This document shows positions 12,194 through 25,918 of a DNA stretch of 64,000 nt, one piece after another; the first letter of the stretch is position 1; the number at the start of each line of letters is the position of its first letter. The notes beneath the pieces were generated by a model. It did not search any database and was not told where the DNA came from. It saw nothing but the letters and a program-made list of their open reading frames with translations. Origin of the DNA: Octopus vulgaris (lineage: Eukaryota). The position numbers and the translations under genes are program-made. The stretch is from the NCBI GenBank assembly GCA_951406725.2, contig OX597819.1, forward strand, positions 126,728,001-126,792,000, given 5' to 3'.

Positions 12194-13423
12194 GAGAGAG
12201 GGGGGATTTGTGTGTTTGTGAGTGTAAACATAAACTAGGTGCTATTTAGGTTTAAAATTTCAGAAAGAAAACTAACATCTCTTCCAATAAATCTTGTACC
12301 AAAATTGCTACCTCAGTTCTAAAATTCTAGCACTTAAGGTTTTAATGTTTATTTAGCATTAGTCCACATTGCTTTTGAATAAGAAATTTTTTCAAAAATA
12401 TCACCTTTAGTAAATTTGTCTATATCTTATAATTTCCTTTATAAAAAAAATGAAAATTAATAGTCCATTTCTGTTTTTTTTAGAAGTTTGTATGTATGGA
12501 AACAATATAATATATGTGTTTTAACAATTTAGTGCCATTTTCTTTTAAAAACCTTCTCTGAATAATGGTAAATGTTAATGATAACAATGATGATAATAAT
12601 AAATATTTTAAAAAATGATACCATAATAAAATAACGATGATGATGATGAAAATAATACTACTACTAATAATAGTAATAAAAATGATAATAATAATAATAA
12701 TGATAATATTGATGATGATTATAATATATCTGTATCTACCGTTCATTTGTTTTTTAGTACTCGGACGACAGTCGCTATCATATAACATGAGTGAGTATAT
12801 ACACTTGTGATGAAACACAATTAGAGACCATTTCCCCCCGCCCCACCCCCCTCCTTTATGTATGTAAGCTTGTCTATAAAAATAGGGATGTAAGTAAGCA
12901 CTCACTTGCATGTCTGAATATAAACATCAATGAAATGTCAACTGAAATCTTTACCTCATCCCCCCCTTTTTTTACTGTATGCATGAACGTACATTTGTGT
13001 GAGTTTTTGCGTGTGTGTATATATATTTTATATTTGTACAAATGTGTGTGTATCTATAACAGTTTAGTTTTAACACATATAAGTACATGTGTTTTCGGTC
13101 ATACACCACGAGCATACTCATGCATATAATACATACATACACACATACATATATGTATATTTATATATACACTTGTATATTTACGCACACATATGTGAAT
13201 ACTCGTGTATATATATGCATATATATATGTGTGTGCGTGTGTATACAAGTGTATATGAGTTTAAATATATATATGTATGTGTGTGCGAGTGTGTATACTT
13301 CTATACATATGCAGCAATATATGTATGTATAACAATTTTAAAGGCAATTAGTGTTTTCTTCATATTTCTGTGACACCAAAAGAAATAAAAATGTTGTTGG
13401 GATAGCAAGAGAGAATGAGAAGG

Positions 13424-13466
<43 letters not shown>

Positions 13467-13585
13467 TGGGGTGGGGGGAAGAGTAAAAATTCTTTCATTT
13501 CCTATGCCATGTAATTTCTATTTTAAATGGTTGGAAATATAGATTTTTGTGTGTATACACTCAAACACACACACACTCACATCCA

Positions 13586-13619
<34 letters not shown>

Positions 13620-13640
13620 TATATATATATATATATATAT

Positions 13641-13781
13641 GTATGCAAATATATATATGTATGCAAATATATATATATATATGTATGCAAATATATATAT
13701 ATGTATGCAAATATATATATATATGTATGCAAATATATATATATATGTATGCAAATATATATATATATATATATGTATGCA

Positions 13782-13815
<34 letters not shown>

Positions 13816-13825
13816 CAAATATATA
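13641..13825. repeat. Minisatellite with unit GTATGCAA(AT)n
   Basis: About seven recurrences of gtatgcaaat separated by (AT)n of varying length. Confidence 0.9.
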
Positions 13826-14389
13826 TACATATATATATATATAGACACACATACATACGTGTGCGTGTGTGATTAAGAATATGTTTTAGATGAAGTATAT
13901 AAAAAACATTTGTAGGTAGAAGAATTTTGTTCAAGAAATTTGTGTTCAAATTTCTTTTTCAATTCTTCTGATGAGAGAAATGTTTGAAATGTCTGTTGAA
14001 TGGTTTTGTGAACAGAATGGTGTTGGAAAGTTGGTGCAGTTAATTTTAGAATTTTATTGGAATATACCTAATTTTTTTTTTTTTTTTTTTTTTTTTTCTG
14101 GCTTGTGTTGTTGTCATTTCTCATTGAATGTTGAATTGTCTAAAAGAGTAAAAAAAAAAAAAACAACGTATGCAAGTTTTGTTCTTTTTTCTTACTTTTT
14201 CTTACTAACACTTTATCTCTTTGATTTCTCTTATAATAATATTTCAATTCTACAAAAATTATCTTTATGTGTGTGTGTGTATACGTATGAGTATATCTAT
14301 ATGTGCATGTATGTGGGCATAAATAAATATAGATATGTCCGCGCATACCCATGCACACATACACTCACACACATGTATGTGTTTGTGTG

Positions 14390-14440
<51 letters not shown>

Positions 14441-15175
14441 TATATATAATGCCTCTTGTTAAGCACGAATATCAGTTAACATATATTTACTGTATAAGCA
14501 TGTATGTTTCTATATAATTATGTGTGTGCATCTCCTTATCTCTCTCTATATACATATCTACCTATCTATTTATCTCTTCATTTATTTATGAATGTTTAAG
14601 AATACATATAAATACACATATGTATATATGCACTGTTACATATTAATGTATATATATATATACATACACAGATAGATATATACATGTATGTATACACATA
14701 CAAACATATGCGTCTGTATGAAGAAATCTGCACGTGTGTGAGTGTGTATATATATATATTTATATATATATGTATAACGTGTGTAGACATATGTGTATTG
14801 TGTGGGAGTGTGTACATACATTTATGTAGATATAGATATATGCTTATACACACACACATATATATATATATACTTACACAAATATACATGTGGAAATGTA
14901 TGCGTGTACACATAGATTTTTATTTGTGTATTTTTGTGCATACATTTCTGTATCTATCTAAATGTATTTGTGTGTATGTACACACACATACATACACCCA
15001 CACACACACAGACATATACATTTGCATGTTTATATGTGTACATCTATACTTATGGTCATGCGTGCATACTCGTACATTTGCTTGTGTGTATGTGTGGGCG
15101 GGTGGGTGGTTGAGTATATATATACATATATACATATATATATATAAATATATATATAAATATATATATACACAC

Positions 15176-15226
<51 letters not shown>

Positions 15227-15229
<3 letters not shown>

Positions 15230-15320
15230 TTTGATACTTTGATACTTTGATAGGTTTCGGCCATTATTGGCCCAGGTCATGTCTAACTTAATAGCACCAC
15301 CTGGTGAAGTCTTTCAAGTC

Positions 15321-15323
<3 letters not shown>
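15227..15323 (-). mobile_element. Family G: retroelement-like 3' end with (TATCAAAG)3 tail
   Basis: Reverse complement catgacctgggccaataatggccgaaacc-tatcaaag-tatcaaag-tatcaaag; second decayed copy at ~9885-9930 (+). Confidence 0.55.
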
Positions 15324-15363
<40 letters not shown>

Positions 15364-15904
15364 CATATAAATAATATGTGTATGTGCTGGTGAACGCGCA
15401 TATGTATATGTGAAACTATGAATGTTTGTTTATGTATGTCTCCGTTTAGGCTTGTATGAATTTTTATGACAATATATGTATACACACATCCACAATGCAC
15501 TTTTGATTTCTTATGTGTTGTTTGCGTTTAGTGAAATGCTTTTTTGTTTTCTTAGCTATGAGAGTGTCACAATTTTCTTCTTTATCATCCAAACGTTTGT
15601 GTTTTGGTTTGTTTGACTCGTTTGTGTCTTGGTTTGTACTTTTCTTTATTTTCTATTTGTAATTTCCTATAATGTCCTTGTGTGAGTGTTTACGAGTTGC
15701 TTGGTCTTACACGTTGTGTTGCATGGAAACCTTATAACTAAATGCCATTTTCCACATATTCAATTTATATTCATACAGTATAGTGTGTGTGTGTGTGTGT
15801 GTGTGTGTGTATCTATTTATTCCTATCTCACATATATACATACATAAATGGACGCGCTGGACCCCGGGCACACACGTACACGCACTGACACACAAACACA
15901 CAGT

Positions 15905-16218
15905 TTGTTCTTCAACCACATGGTTCCGAGTTCATTCCCATTGCCTGACCCCTTGGTCGGGTGTTTTCTATTTTAAATTCGTACCGAATGTGTGTGTGTG
16001 TGTGTGTGTGTGTAGTTTAATGTGCGTGTTTTATGCTTGTGTTTGTCTCCTATCACTACTTGAGAACCGAAGTGGGTTTGTTTACGTCTCCATAACTTAG
16101 CGCTTGAGTGCAAGTAACCGATAAAACAAGTTACCAGTCTGGGACCGCTTCGTTCGATTTAACCCTTTAACACCTGTGCTCAGCATAGCCGCAAACCAAT
16201 GAGTGGAACAAGTAAAGG
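15905..16218 (+). mobile_element. SINE family A, old decayed copy
   Basis: caaccacatggttccgagttc, internal (TG)n, gtttacgtctccataacttagcg, gctcagcatagccgca...gaacaagtaaagg. Confidence 0.75.
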
Positions 16219-16357
16219 ACGACACACACACAGACACACACACACACACACACACGTACACACACACACACATTCGTTATGTGTGTGGGGGGATCACTTA
16301 CTTTGGTATTGTTTCTTTTTCCGAGTGCCTAGCTTTGAGATGTTCTGTAGAATACAT

Positions 16358-16418
<61 letters not shown>

Positions 16419-16717
16419 CAGATATACATAGTATGTTTGAGTCTCGTTGGACCTTTTGCTAGAAGAACATTTGACTTTTTAACACAGGTTCATATTATGC
16501 AAGCCTCACACAACTATTTGTCCATCTCTCTTTTATGTACGGTTCATTCGCCAACAATTTCCTTCCTTACTATGTTCTGGTTTTGGCGGGAAGTATGAGA
16601 CACAAGTACTTCAATGCAGCTGTTTTGTTGTCAGTTTCTCTGGAATTATGTACTTCATTCTGTGTCCTTGCTTTTGATTACAAGGAAACTTTGTGGGTTT
16701 GGAGCTTATGTAAACGT

Positions 16718-16752
<35 letters not shown>

Positions 16753-16810
16753 CACATACATATTGCAGCGTGGAAGGTGTCTATAAGCCATTTAAGAAAC
16801 ACACATATAC

Positions 16811-16842
<32 letters not shown>

Positions 16843-17002
16843 GATCATCACACATATATAATATATTTATATATAAGTAAAAAGGGCCTAAGTATTAAAT
16901 AAATATGTATGTTTGTATGCATACATGCATATATATTTATACGTTTGTATATGTAAATATATATATATACGTGTATGTGTGTTTGTGTATACATACATAT
17001 AT

Positions 17003-17034
<32 letters not shown>

Positions 17035-17379
17035 GTATGTATATATATATATATATATGGGTGTGTGTGTGTTTGTTTACATGTGTTTATATGTGTGTTT
17101 ATGTTTGCCCACCGGTTCATCGAGTGCATGCGTAGACGTTCTTCTTTGTGCTGCAGATGTCAACTGTTAATTTTAATTTCTTTTTTTTTTATTCATTTTG
17201 TTTATCTATCAATTCGTGCAAAATCACACAAAGCCAAAAAAAATCAAAAAATCAAAAATAAAACTAATTTAAAAAAAAAATCGTATTTTTTAGTTGCATG
17301 TCTGCACGCCAGCCTGTTGCTATTCGTTGCATTGCTTAATGTACAAGTCTCTTTCTGAACACTTCTCTCTTTCTTATGC

Positions 17380-17738
<359 letters not shown>

Positions 17739-18131
17739 TGTTATATCTTCCCAAACATTAAAAAAAAAATTAATTTCTATTTGGTATTGCGCACACAGAA
17801 GCAAGCACGCGCACACGCTCGCTCCACCATATAGATGTAAATACGTATGTATATCACACGCTCACTCATATACGTATATATTAAGGTATTAAAAATTAAT
17901 TATCGTGTTTTTGAGGTTTGTATTAACCTTGATAAAGATATATACTGTAGGTTCTTATTGACATGATGCTTAATATTTTTACTACCGATTGCTTTTAGGA
18001 TATATATAATGTAGGGTATATTATATAATGTAGGATATATGTATATAATATATATATGATGTAGGATATATGTAATGTACACCAGTTGATACAGTAAGAT
18101 ACTATTTTATTAAAGCTGAAAAAACTTCACA

Positions 18132-18171
18132 AACTGTTACTCAGTTTCATGTGGCCATTCCTCAGGCAGTT
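18132..18171 (-). ncRNA. Type I hammerhead-like motif with canonical core, within family H fragment (~18085-18175)
   Basis: AACTGc-CTGAGGA-ATG(gcca)CAT-GAAA-CTgAG-TA-aCAGTT; downstream sequence resembles 59321-59380. Confidence 0.7.
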
Positions 18172-19259
18172 GTTATAATACGGGCTCGTGTCTTCACTAC
18201 CATAATAAGATTAATAAACTAGTGTGCGTGTGTTTCTTTATATATATATAAATGAAAGTCTGATTAGTGGTATGCACGAAACTTTTGGCCCTGGAGTCAC
18301 TAACGTCTGGTGATTGAAAATGAAATATACGATTTCCCATAGCCAGAATGTTATTCGTTGGTGACTGGGAGTGAAGAATCTTAGTTGTATGGCGGTGATG
18401 CTCATTTGATGCTCGAGCCATCACTTGATGAGTAGGCGAAGGTGTACACACTACATACATACACTACATACATTCATACATACAAATAAACATACATACA
18501 TACATGCATACATATAAACATGCATACATACATACATACATGCATACATATACATACATATAAACATACATACATATACACAAACACATACATGCATACA
18601 TACATACATACATGCATGCATACATGCATACATACATACATACATACGTACACGCACACACATACATACGTACATATAAACATATGTCCTAAATATTTAT
18701 GATCCTCATAAGATATAATAGTAACGTGTTAGCGATATCAGTGCATATTCTAATTTCATCTTGTTTCGGCAAACTCTTGAAGGAGCCTGTCTACATCGAC
18801 TGCAGTCTTCCAGGAATCTGACAAGGCTAACACAAAACATGCAGGCCCGGCAGCACTAGCTGCAAGGGAAGCTCTTTCCTGGGTTCAGTGATGCTCTGTT
18901 ACACATTTTTTCTCAATCACCTTCTGAGTGAGTGAAGCAAGATATATATGCCAGTAATCTGGCGTGTGTGTGTGTATTTATATATATATATATATATATT
19001 TATTTATTTATAAAAAAGAAGTTTGAAAGCGCCACTATATAAGATACATTTTAATTTTCTTAGAAATTTTATGTTTCTGTTCTTCTTGAAAAAACGAACC
19101 ATATCAAAAATATTTTTAAAAGTTAAGTGTAATAAAAAAAGTTCATATTTGTTTCTTACTGGTCTCAACAGAATCCACGTGGTGGTTTTTTGTGGGGAGG
19201 AAGCATAATAGCTGTCTTATGTGTTCGAATAAAATAAGGAAATTACCAGTGGCCGAAAT

Positions 19260-19297
<38 letters not shown>

Positions 19298-20580
19298 ATT
19301 TAATTAGTACATGTTCTATGGAAGGTACGATTAAAATCTTAAGCATGAATCTTATAACCCTTTATTTATATGATTCTTCCGGTGGGTTCCAGTCATTTTT
19401 AAAGTCTCGATTGCAGCTTCATATTTCAATTAAGAGGGACCAGTCAGTAGGATGGCCTCTATATAATGGCTTGCCTTGTTAAAAATAGAAGCCATCTTTT
19501 CTTGAAGTCACAACTTTCTGATTAGAAAGAAACATCAAGTTATCGTAGGAGGCCCTACATGATCATTCAACCATATTTATTCCTGATATATCATACCTAA
19601 AAATATACAAGAAAAGACAGGACAAGTCTTGGAAATATTTAGTGTGATCCACACAACACATAAGTGTGTGTGTTTGTCTGTGTGTATGTATATGTGTGTG
19701 CCATGCGTGTCTGTCGGTTTTTGCCATGTTTGCGTCAACTAAAACTTCACTCACAAAGCTTTCGTAAAAAATATAAACTCAAAGACCCAACTTGCCCAGG
19801 CTCTTTGAATATGGGATTTCTTGTGTAGGTGTTGTGTAAAAGGAACAAGTCTACAACTACATGGATGTGAAACAAATTTCTTAACCAGAAAGCTATGTCA
19901 GTAACATTTTTCATTTTTTTGTTTTGTTTGCTATATTTTCAGTTGTTATTTGTTTCTCAAAAGAATATGACCTATTGTGGAATATTTTCTGTGTTAGTTC
20001 AAACAATCTGTTACCAACGATAGTCGTAAATTATTTATCTCGATTATATGTCAGTTTCCATATATTTCTTTGTCTATTTATTTTTATATTAGGGTGGGTA
20101 AATTTTAAAATTTCTTCTACTTATCTATTTTTTTTCTTTTTTGAACTCGTTTGTTTTCGATCTATTTCTACAGTCATATACATACATTTATGCGAGTATA
20201 ATTTTTGCGTATGTGAGCGCGCGTGCACACACAAACACACACACAGACGCCGTGGCCTGGACTGACAACTCCGCTGATATCCCTGGAGTTTGTAGCACAG
20301 ACAAACAAGTATGCTGTGAAACACGTCCTGTGGAAGCCTATGGCTTTGGATTTAGCCGCATAGTTCGGACGCAGTGTGAGGATTTCCACCATTTCTAGTG
20401 ATGGACATTCTAGCCAGGGTTGTATAAAGGAAACCAACTCCCTCTCCTGTTCAAGGGTAGGGAATTGTAACTGTAGCACTCCAATGGAATGCCCCCTTTC
20501 CAGCCACTGTGTTCAGAACAACGTCGTGAATAAGTATGGTGGAGTCTTATAAGAGCAGCAAGTTTAGATAAATCGGTGTG

Positions 20581-20626
<46 letters not shown>

Positions 20627-20629
<3 letters not shown>

Positions 20630-21638
20630 GGGTTGGACAAAATAATGAAAATATGGGGTAGGACCGTCTTTAGCAGTAATTACAGCTCGAATTCTACGAG
20701 GTGTGGACTCGTACAAAGTTTGAATTGTTTACAGAGGAATTTTTGGTCATTCTTCAGCTAAAACAGTCTCCAGGTCTTGAAGTGCTGACTTACGCACCAT
20801 AAATCTTGAATAATATTGAGATCTGTGGACAGTGATGGCCAAATAAGATATCCAACTTTACTAGACTGTTCCTCGTGCCATTCAGTAACAACTTTAGCTG
20901 TGTGAATTGGTGCATTATTATCCTGAAAGACTGCGTTTCACTCTGGAAATATTTCCGCAACCATAGGATGAATTTGATCAGATAAGATGCTTAAATAGTC
21001 TTGACTATTAATTCTGCCACGAAAGGAAAACATTGGGCCGGTGGATTTTCAAGATATAGCCGACCCCAGATCATCACAGATACCCCTCCATGTTTAACAG
21101 TTGGAAGAAGGTAGTTTGGGTCAAATGCTTCTTTTGGTTGTCTCCACACGTATACTCGGTCGGTGGTTGGAAATATGGTAAAGGATGACTCTGCAGTAAT
21201 TTTGGGAGCTGTACTTTTGTGATCCTTTCTAACAATTCGTGTAAGAGTCCGACAGTCCCTATCTGAAAGTTTTGATTTTCTTCCAGAGTTTTGTTTCGAT
21301 TAGGAGGTTTATCCCTCTTTCTCAAAGGCTCTCATTACTTTCGAGGTAGTACTTCTTGATATACTAAATATTTCGGCTGTTTTCGTTACGCTAGCGCCTG
21401 CTATACGAGCACCAACAATTTGACTGCTTTGAAAGTTCGATAGATCTGTCATTTTAATGAATTTTAATTACCTTTTTCTGATGATATCTGAAAAGAAACA
21501 GCCATTTTAGCAAAACATATTAAGCAACACTAATAATAAATCAAAAAACATAAAAATAAACAAGCTCTTGACGGCTTTATAGACATTACAAAATTATGAT
21601 GCTATGATGCTAGGAGTTTCCATCATTTTGTCCAACCC

Positions 21639-21641
<3 letters not shown>
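20627..21641 (-). mobile_element. Tc1/mariner (Tc1-type) DNA transposon, internally deleted
   Basis: TIRs caggggttggacaaaataatgaaaa and reverse complement caggggttggacaaaatgatggaaa; lies in a (TA)n run (right flank TA, left flank CA); transposase remnant inside. Confidence 0.95.
20651..21452 (-). pseudogene. Tc1-like transposase pseudogene
   Basis: MTDLSNFQSSQIVGARIAGASVTKTAEIFSISRSTTSKV...NSGRKSKLSDRD...ITA/ESSFTIF...PTVKHGGVSVMIWG...FQDNNAPIHTAKVV...WPSLSTDLNIIQDLW...STPRRIRAVITAKDGPTPY, with stops, a frameshift and deletions. Confidence 0.92.
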
Positions 21642-21677
<36 letters not shown>

Positions 21678-22662
21678 CATACGATGCAAGTTCCCGAACG
21701 ATTTCCAGCTATCCTATCCCACTCAGAAGCTTTTGTAGATATATATTACCAACAGGCATACATACTTTTGTCTCTCAGTGTTTGTGTATTTGTGTTCACA
21801 GCTCTCTCTTTCATTCCTTTCCGCTCAGTCTCTTTTCTTTCTACAAATATTATATACCCTAGCCAAGCGCCCCATCTAATCTGTTGGTTATTTTTCATGT
21901 TATGAATCAGAACAAAATCCAATTTATAAAGGGAGGATGTAAGCCCTTATCAGCTGGCTCAAGGTTTGAGACGAGGTGTTGGGTTAATTTGGTTAGGTTA
22001 GTTTATTTGGTTCTTTCGTTTGCTTTATATAATAGATTCCTGCTGCTGCTGCTGTCGCTACTGGTGCTACTTGTTATTTGCTGCTGTTAGGTGAACAAAT
22101 TGCTACTTTTTTTTTTGTGATTTAAATGTTCTACAGGGAAGTTTACGCTGAAGGGGCATGTTTTATTAGTGTCAAAACTGCTCAGAACTTTTCAGAAACA
22201 GGTAGAAAAAACTAAAGAAAAAAATAAGGGATAAATAGAAAAATAACAAAATGTGAAATAAGAAGTTTCAAAAGTAAAAACAACAAAATAACAAGAAAAC
22301 AACGTCAGTTCATATTAGCAGATAAACCAGAGTTAAAAGAGTCAGTGACGCACCCTCTGCGCAAAGGCTTAATTATTAGAAATAGCAGCCAAATCACATC
22401 ATCCATATGCAGTCGTTCTCTTTTTGACTTCGTGACGCACTGGTGATCAAATAAAGAAAAAAGAAATATTGCTAATCTTCGTTTGGAAAGTCAAAACAGT
22501 AATAAAAACAGAATGAAATTACGTAATAATGTTTAAAACACATATGCAATACTATTGTTCATCATATTTTGTTAGCGAAATAAAATTATGAATAGTATTT
22601 GGATCTAAATATTTACGGTGCGCCTAGAAACCCTCGGTGGTGGACATTATGCGGATCCCTAG

Positions 22663-23061
22663 ACTCTTTTACTTCTTTCAGGCATTTGACTGTGGCCATG
22701 CTGGAGCACCACCTTTAGTCGAGCAAATCGACCCCAGGACTTAATCTTTGTAAGCCTAGTACTTATTCTATCGGTCTCTTTTGCCGAACCGCTAAGTTAA
22801 GGGGCTAAGTAAACACACCAGAATCGGTTGTCAAGCGATGTCGGAGGGACAAACACAGACATACAAACACACACACACACACGTACATATATACACATAT
22901 ATACGACGGGCTTCTTTCAGTTTCCGTCTACCAAATCCACTCGCAAGGCTTTGGTCGGCCCGATGCTATAGTAGAAGACACTTGCCCAAGGTGCCACGTA
23001 GTGGGACTGAACCCTAAACCATGTGGTCGGTAAGCAAGCTACTTACCACACAGCCACTCCT
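22663..23061 (-). mobile_element. SINE family A, near full length
   Basis: Reverse complement of the 30802-31221 sequence, including the internal microsatellite and the agtaaaagag tail. Confidence 0.95.
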
Positions 23062-23780
23062 AGCAACTTTAAAATATTACTACTTTGCTAAATGCAGTCA
23101 CAGATATTAGGATGTGATATTCATGGATACGGTATTCAAGGCAGCGAAATTTAAGTCTGTGTACATTTGGTTTGGCAATAGAGAAAAAAATTAAACCCTG
23201 TGCACTTGAAGACACTACGGTGGATTCCATTGAGTGTACACTTCCTTTCTAGATATGTGACCTTCGATCAATATAGCGTGTGTATGTAGTTATGTACACC
23301 CCCCCACACACACACAAACATATACTACGTAAACATTGTCACATATGTGATTGAAAGATAGATAAACGTACATAGTTTTACCGAAAAGACGAACAGATAC
23401 CACATGACACGCACAAGCACCACGCGCGCGCGCATAAATAGCATTTTAGATATATACATATGTGTGTGTGAGAGAGAGACAGAAAGGGAGAGATAGAAAT
23501 ATTGCATTCTTAGGGTATTTTGATGCTAAATACTTTAGAGAAATGATGGATATCTCTCTCTTCAAATTGGTCAATTTGACCTGTTCTATTCACCACTACT
23601 ACCCCCTCAACTACAACTACTTCATACATAACTTGATGACCACCTCCGAGAAATATTAGTAATATTTGTTGTTCCATTTAAGATACCTTTCTGTGTGTCG
23701 AACATTATTATAGTTATTGAATATTTGTTCTCTGCACCCCTCTCTCTCCCATTCTGATATATATATGCCAGGAAAGGAAA

Positions 23781-23867
<87 letters not shown>

Positions 23868-24074
23868 TGTTCCCTTCTCGAGCTATGCCAGGCTCATGAA
23901 GGCCGGTTGCTCGGTTTCAATGGCGTATATATTCCCCAACAGGACGAGATGCCATTCTGTCGAGCAACGTGAAATGAAGTGTTTTGCTCAAGAACACAAC
24001 GCGTTTTCTGGTTCAGGAATCGAAACAACAATCATTCGATCATGAGTCCAACAACCTAGCCATTAAGCCACACG

Positions 24075-24078
<4 letters not shown>
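23868..24078 (-). mobile_element. tRNA-derived SINE family F (CORE-like segment)
   Basis: Reverse complement gaggcgtgtggcttaatggctagg (A box)...gtttcgattcc (B box)...tgtgttcttgagcaaaacacttcatttcacgttgctc. Confidence 0.75.
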
Positions 24079-24122
<44 letters not shown>

Positions 24123-24788
24123 TATTAGCGACAGAGACAGTATTGGTTCAGAATAGTATGTCATCAGAATAGTATCTAACGCGGAGATACAGTAGAAAGC
24201 CACAAAAATATGTCTTGCGAATGCATCCTCTATAGACATTCAGTGCTAAAAGGTACAGAAATGCATCAGCAGCGACTGATGAAATTGCTAAATCTAGGTT
24301 TCAACTTCTTTGAGGGCCATCAGTAGCAAGTAGGCGTACCTCCACCAATGGCCGTAGTTTCTAACGCGGAAGCCAACGAAAAGAAATTGCCCCAAATAAT
24401 ATGCAGTAGATTGTCTTCATCGTCTCCACGTCCTACATTAAAAGGCGTGCATATACTTTTAGAAATGTGACCTTGAAGAAATAATCTTCTCTCAATACAC
24501 CATGGCATCTTATCTCAGGTCAGAATGAATGTATATGAGGTATGAATAATACTTTACACTGTTAAGCGAAAAAAAGGAGGGAGGAACAGCAGAATACACA
24601 CACACATACACACACACCATCGCTTGCATAAATACGTATATTTCTCTAAAATCACAATTCTTGAACAAAAAGATGTGCACTGGATATATATGCCAGATTT
24701 TTATTCGGGAATTATACTTGCATTTGGCGGTGCATCAGCATGGCAGCAGCTCTGAGCTGAAACTAAAAAAAAAGAAAGAAAAAAGAAA

Positions 24789-24836
<48 letters not shown>

Positions 24837-25697
24837 GCGCATGACTATTAGTAAATTGTAACACACACACACACACAACCGCGGAATGTGTGTATTCCTC
24901 ACATCACATCTACTCTTACAAATTGTCGGCAAAATATGTAGTAATTTTGTTAAATTTACACCGCTAACACTTTAGACTTATTTCCAACATTCGCTCATAA
25001 TCCTTTCTGCTTGGCGGGCCCTTTTCACGTGAACTGAAGGAGCCTTTTATATATTTATTATTCTGTTTTATTTTTATTTACTGTATTTCTGTCGATATTC
25101 AAATAGTATTTCTAAAGTAGATGAACTTGATACGAGAAAGGGGCGGCTACGGTTCAAGTCCCCCACTATGTAGACTGATCTATTCACCCAATATACGTTT
25201 GGCATTACTCCTAATGTTCATCTACCCTGATACGCTCTCTTTGTCGTTTTTCTCACACTCACCTCTCTCTCTCTCTTTATAAATCTCTCTCTCTTTCTCG
25301 TCTTCTTTTATTATTTTTTTACTACTGTTTCTTTAACTTTCTTTATTCTTTCCTTTGCACTCCCACATACACCCACTACATACACCTCTCAAACACACAC
25401 ACATATTTACTCTCCTGTTTCTCTCTTGCTAATTCGACTCTTCAACATGAGGATTTTTTCTTAATTTACTGCTTCTTCATGCATCGTTGTGTTAGATACG
25501 TGTGTACTTATATATACATATAGATTTACAAGCGTACATACACCAATAATTACCTATTCACATACACTCTCGAATTATAGACACATACACACACAATCTT
25601 CGTTTCTGTACCCGACACAGGCACATATGACCCATATCCATAATTTGCCTTTAATTCCTTGAAATAGCAGAAACATTTATATAGCGGTGTCTTTAAT

Positions 25698-25918
25698 TCT
25701 TCTTCTTCTTCTTCTTCTTCTTCTTCTTCTTCTTCTTCTTCTTCTTCTTCTTCTTCTTCTTCTTCTTCTTCTTCTTCTTCTTCTTCTTCTTCTTCTTCTT
25801 CTTCTTCTTCTTCTTCTTCTTCTTCTTCTTCTTCTTCTCCTCCTTCTTTTTCTCCTTCTTTTTCTCTTCTTCTTCTTCTTCTTCTTCTTCTTCTTCTTCT
25901 TCTTCTTCTTCTTCTTCT
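25698..25918. repeat. ~220-bp (TTC)n polypyrimidine tract
   Basis: Direct reading. Confidence 0.97.

Larger units (their letters stand above)
11159..17110. repeat. Block dominated by compound (TA)n/(TG)n/(TATG)n microsatellites with short unique spacers
   Basis: Direct reading; accounts for the [12 protein letters not shown] ORFs. Confidence 0.9.

Noticed and set aside
13641-13825. CRISPR-like repeat-spacer appearance
   Set aside because: The spacers are only (AT)n of varying length; the context is eukaryotic and there are no cas genes.
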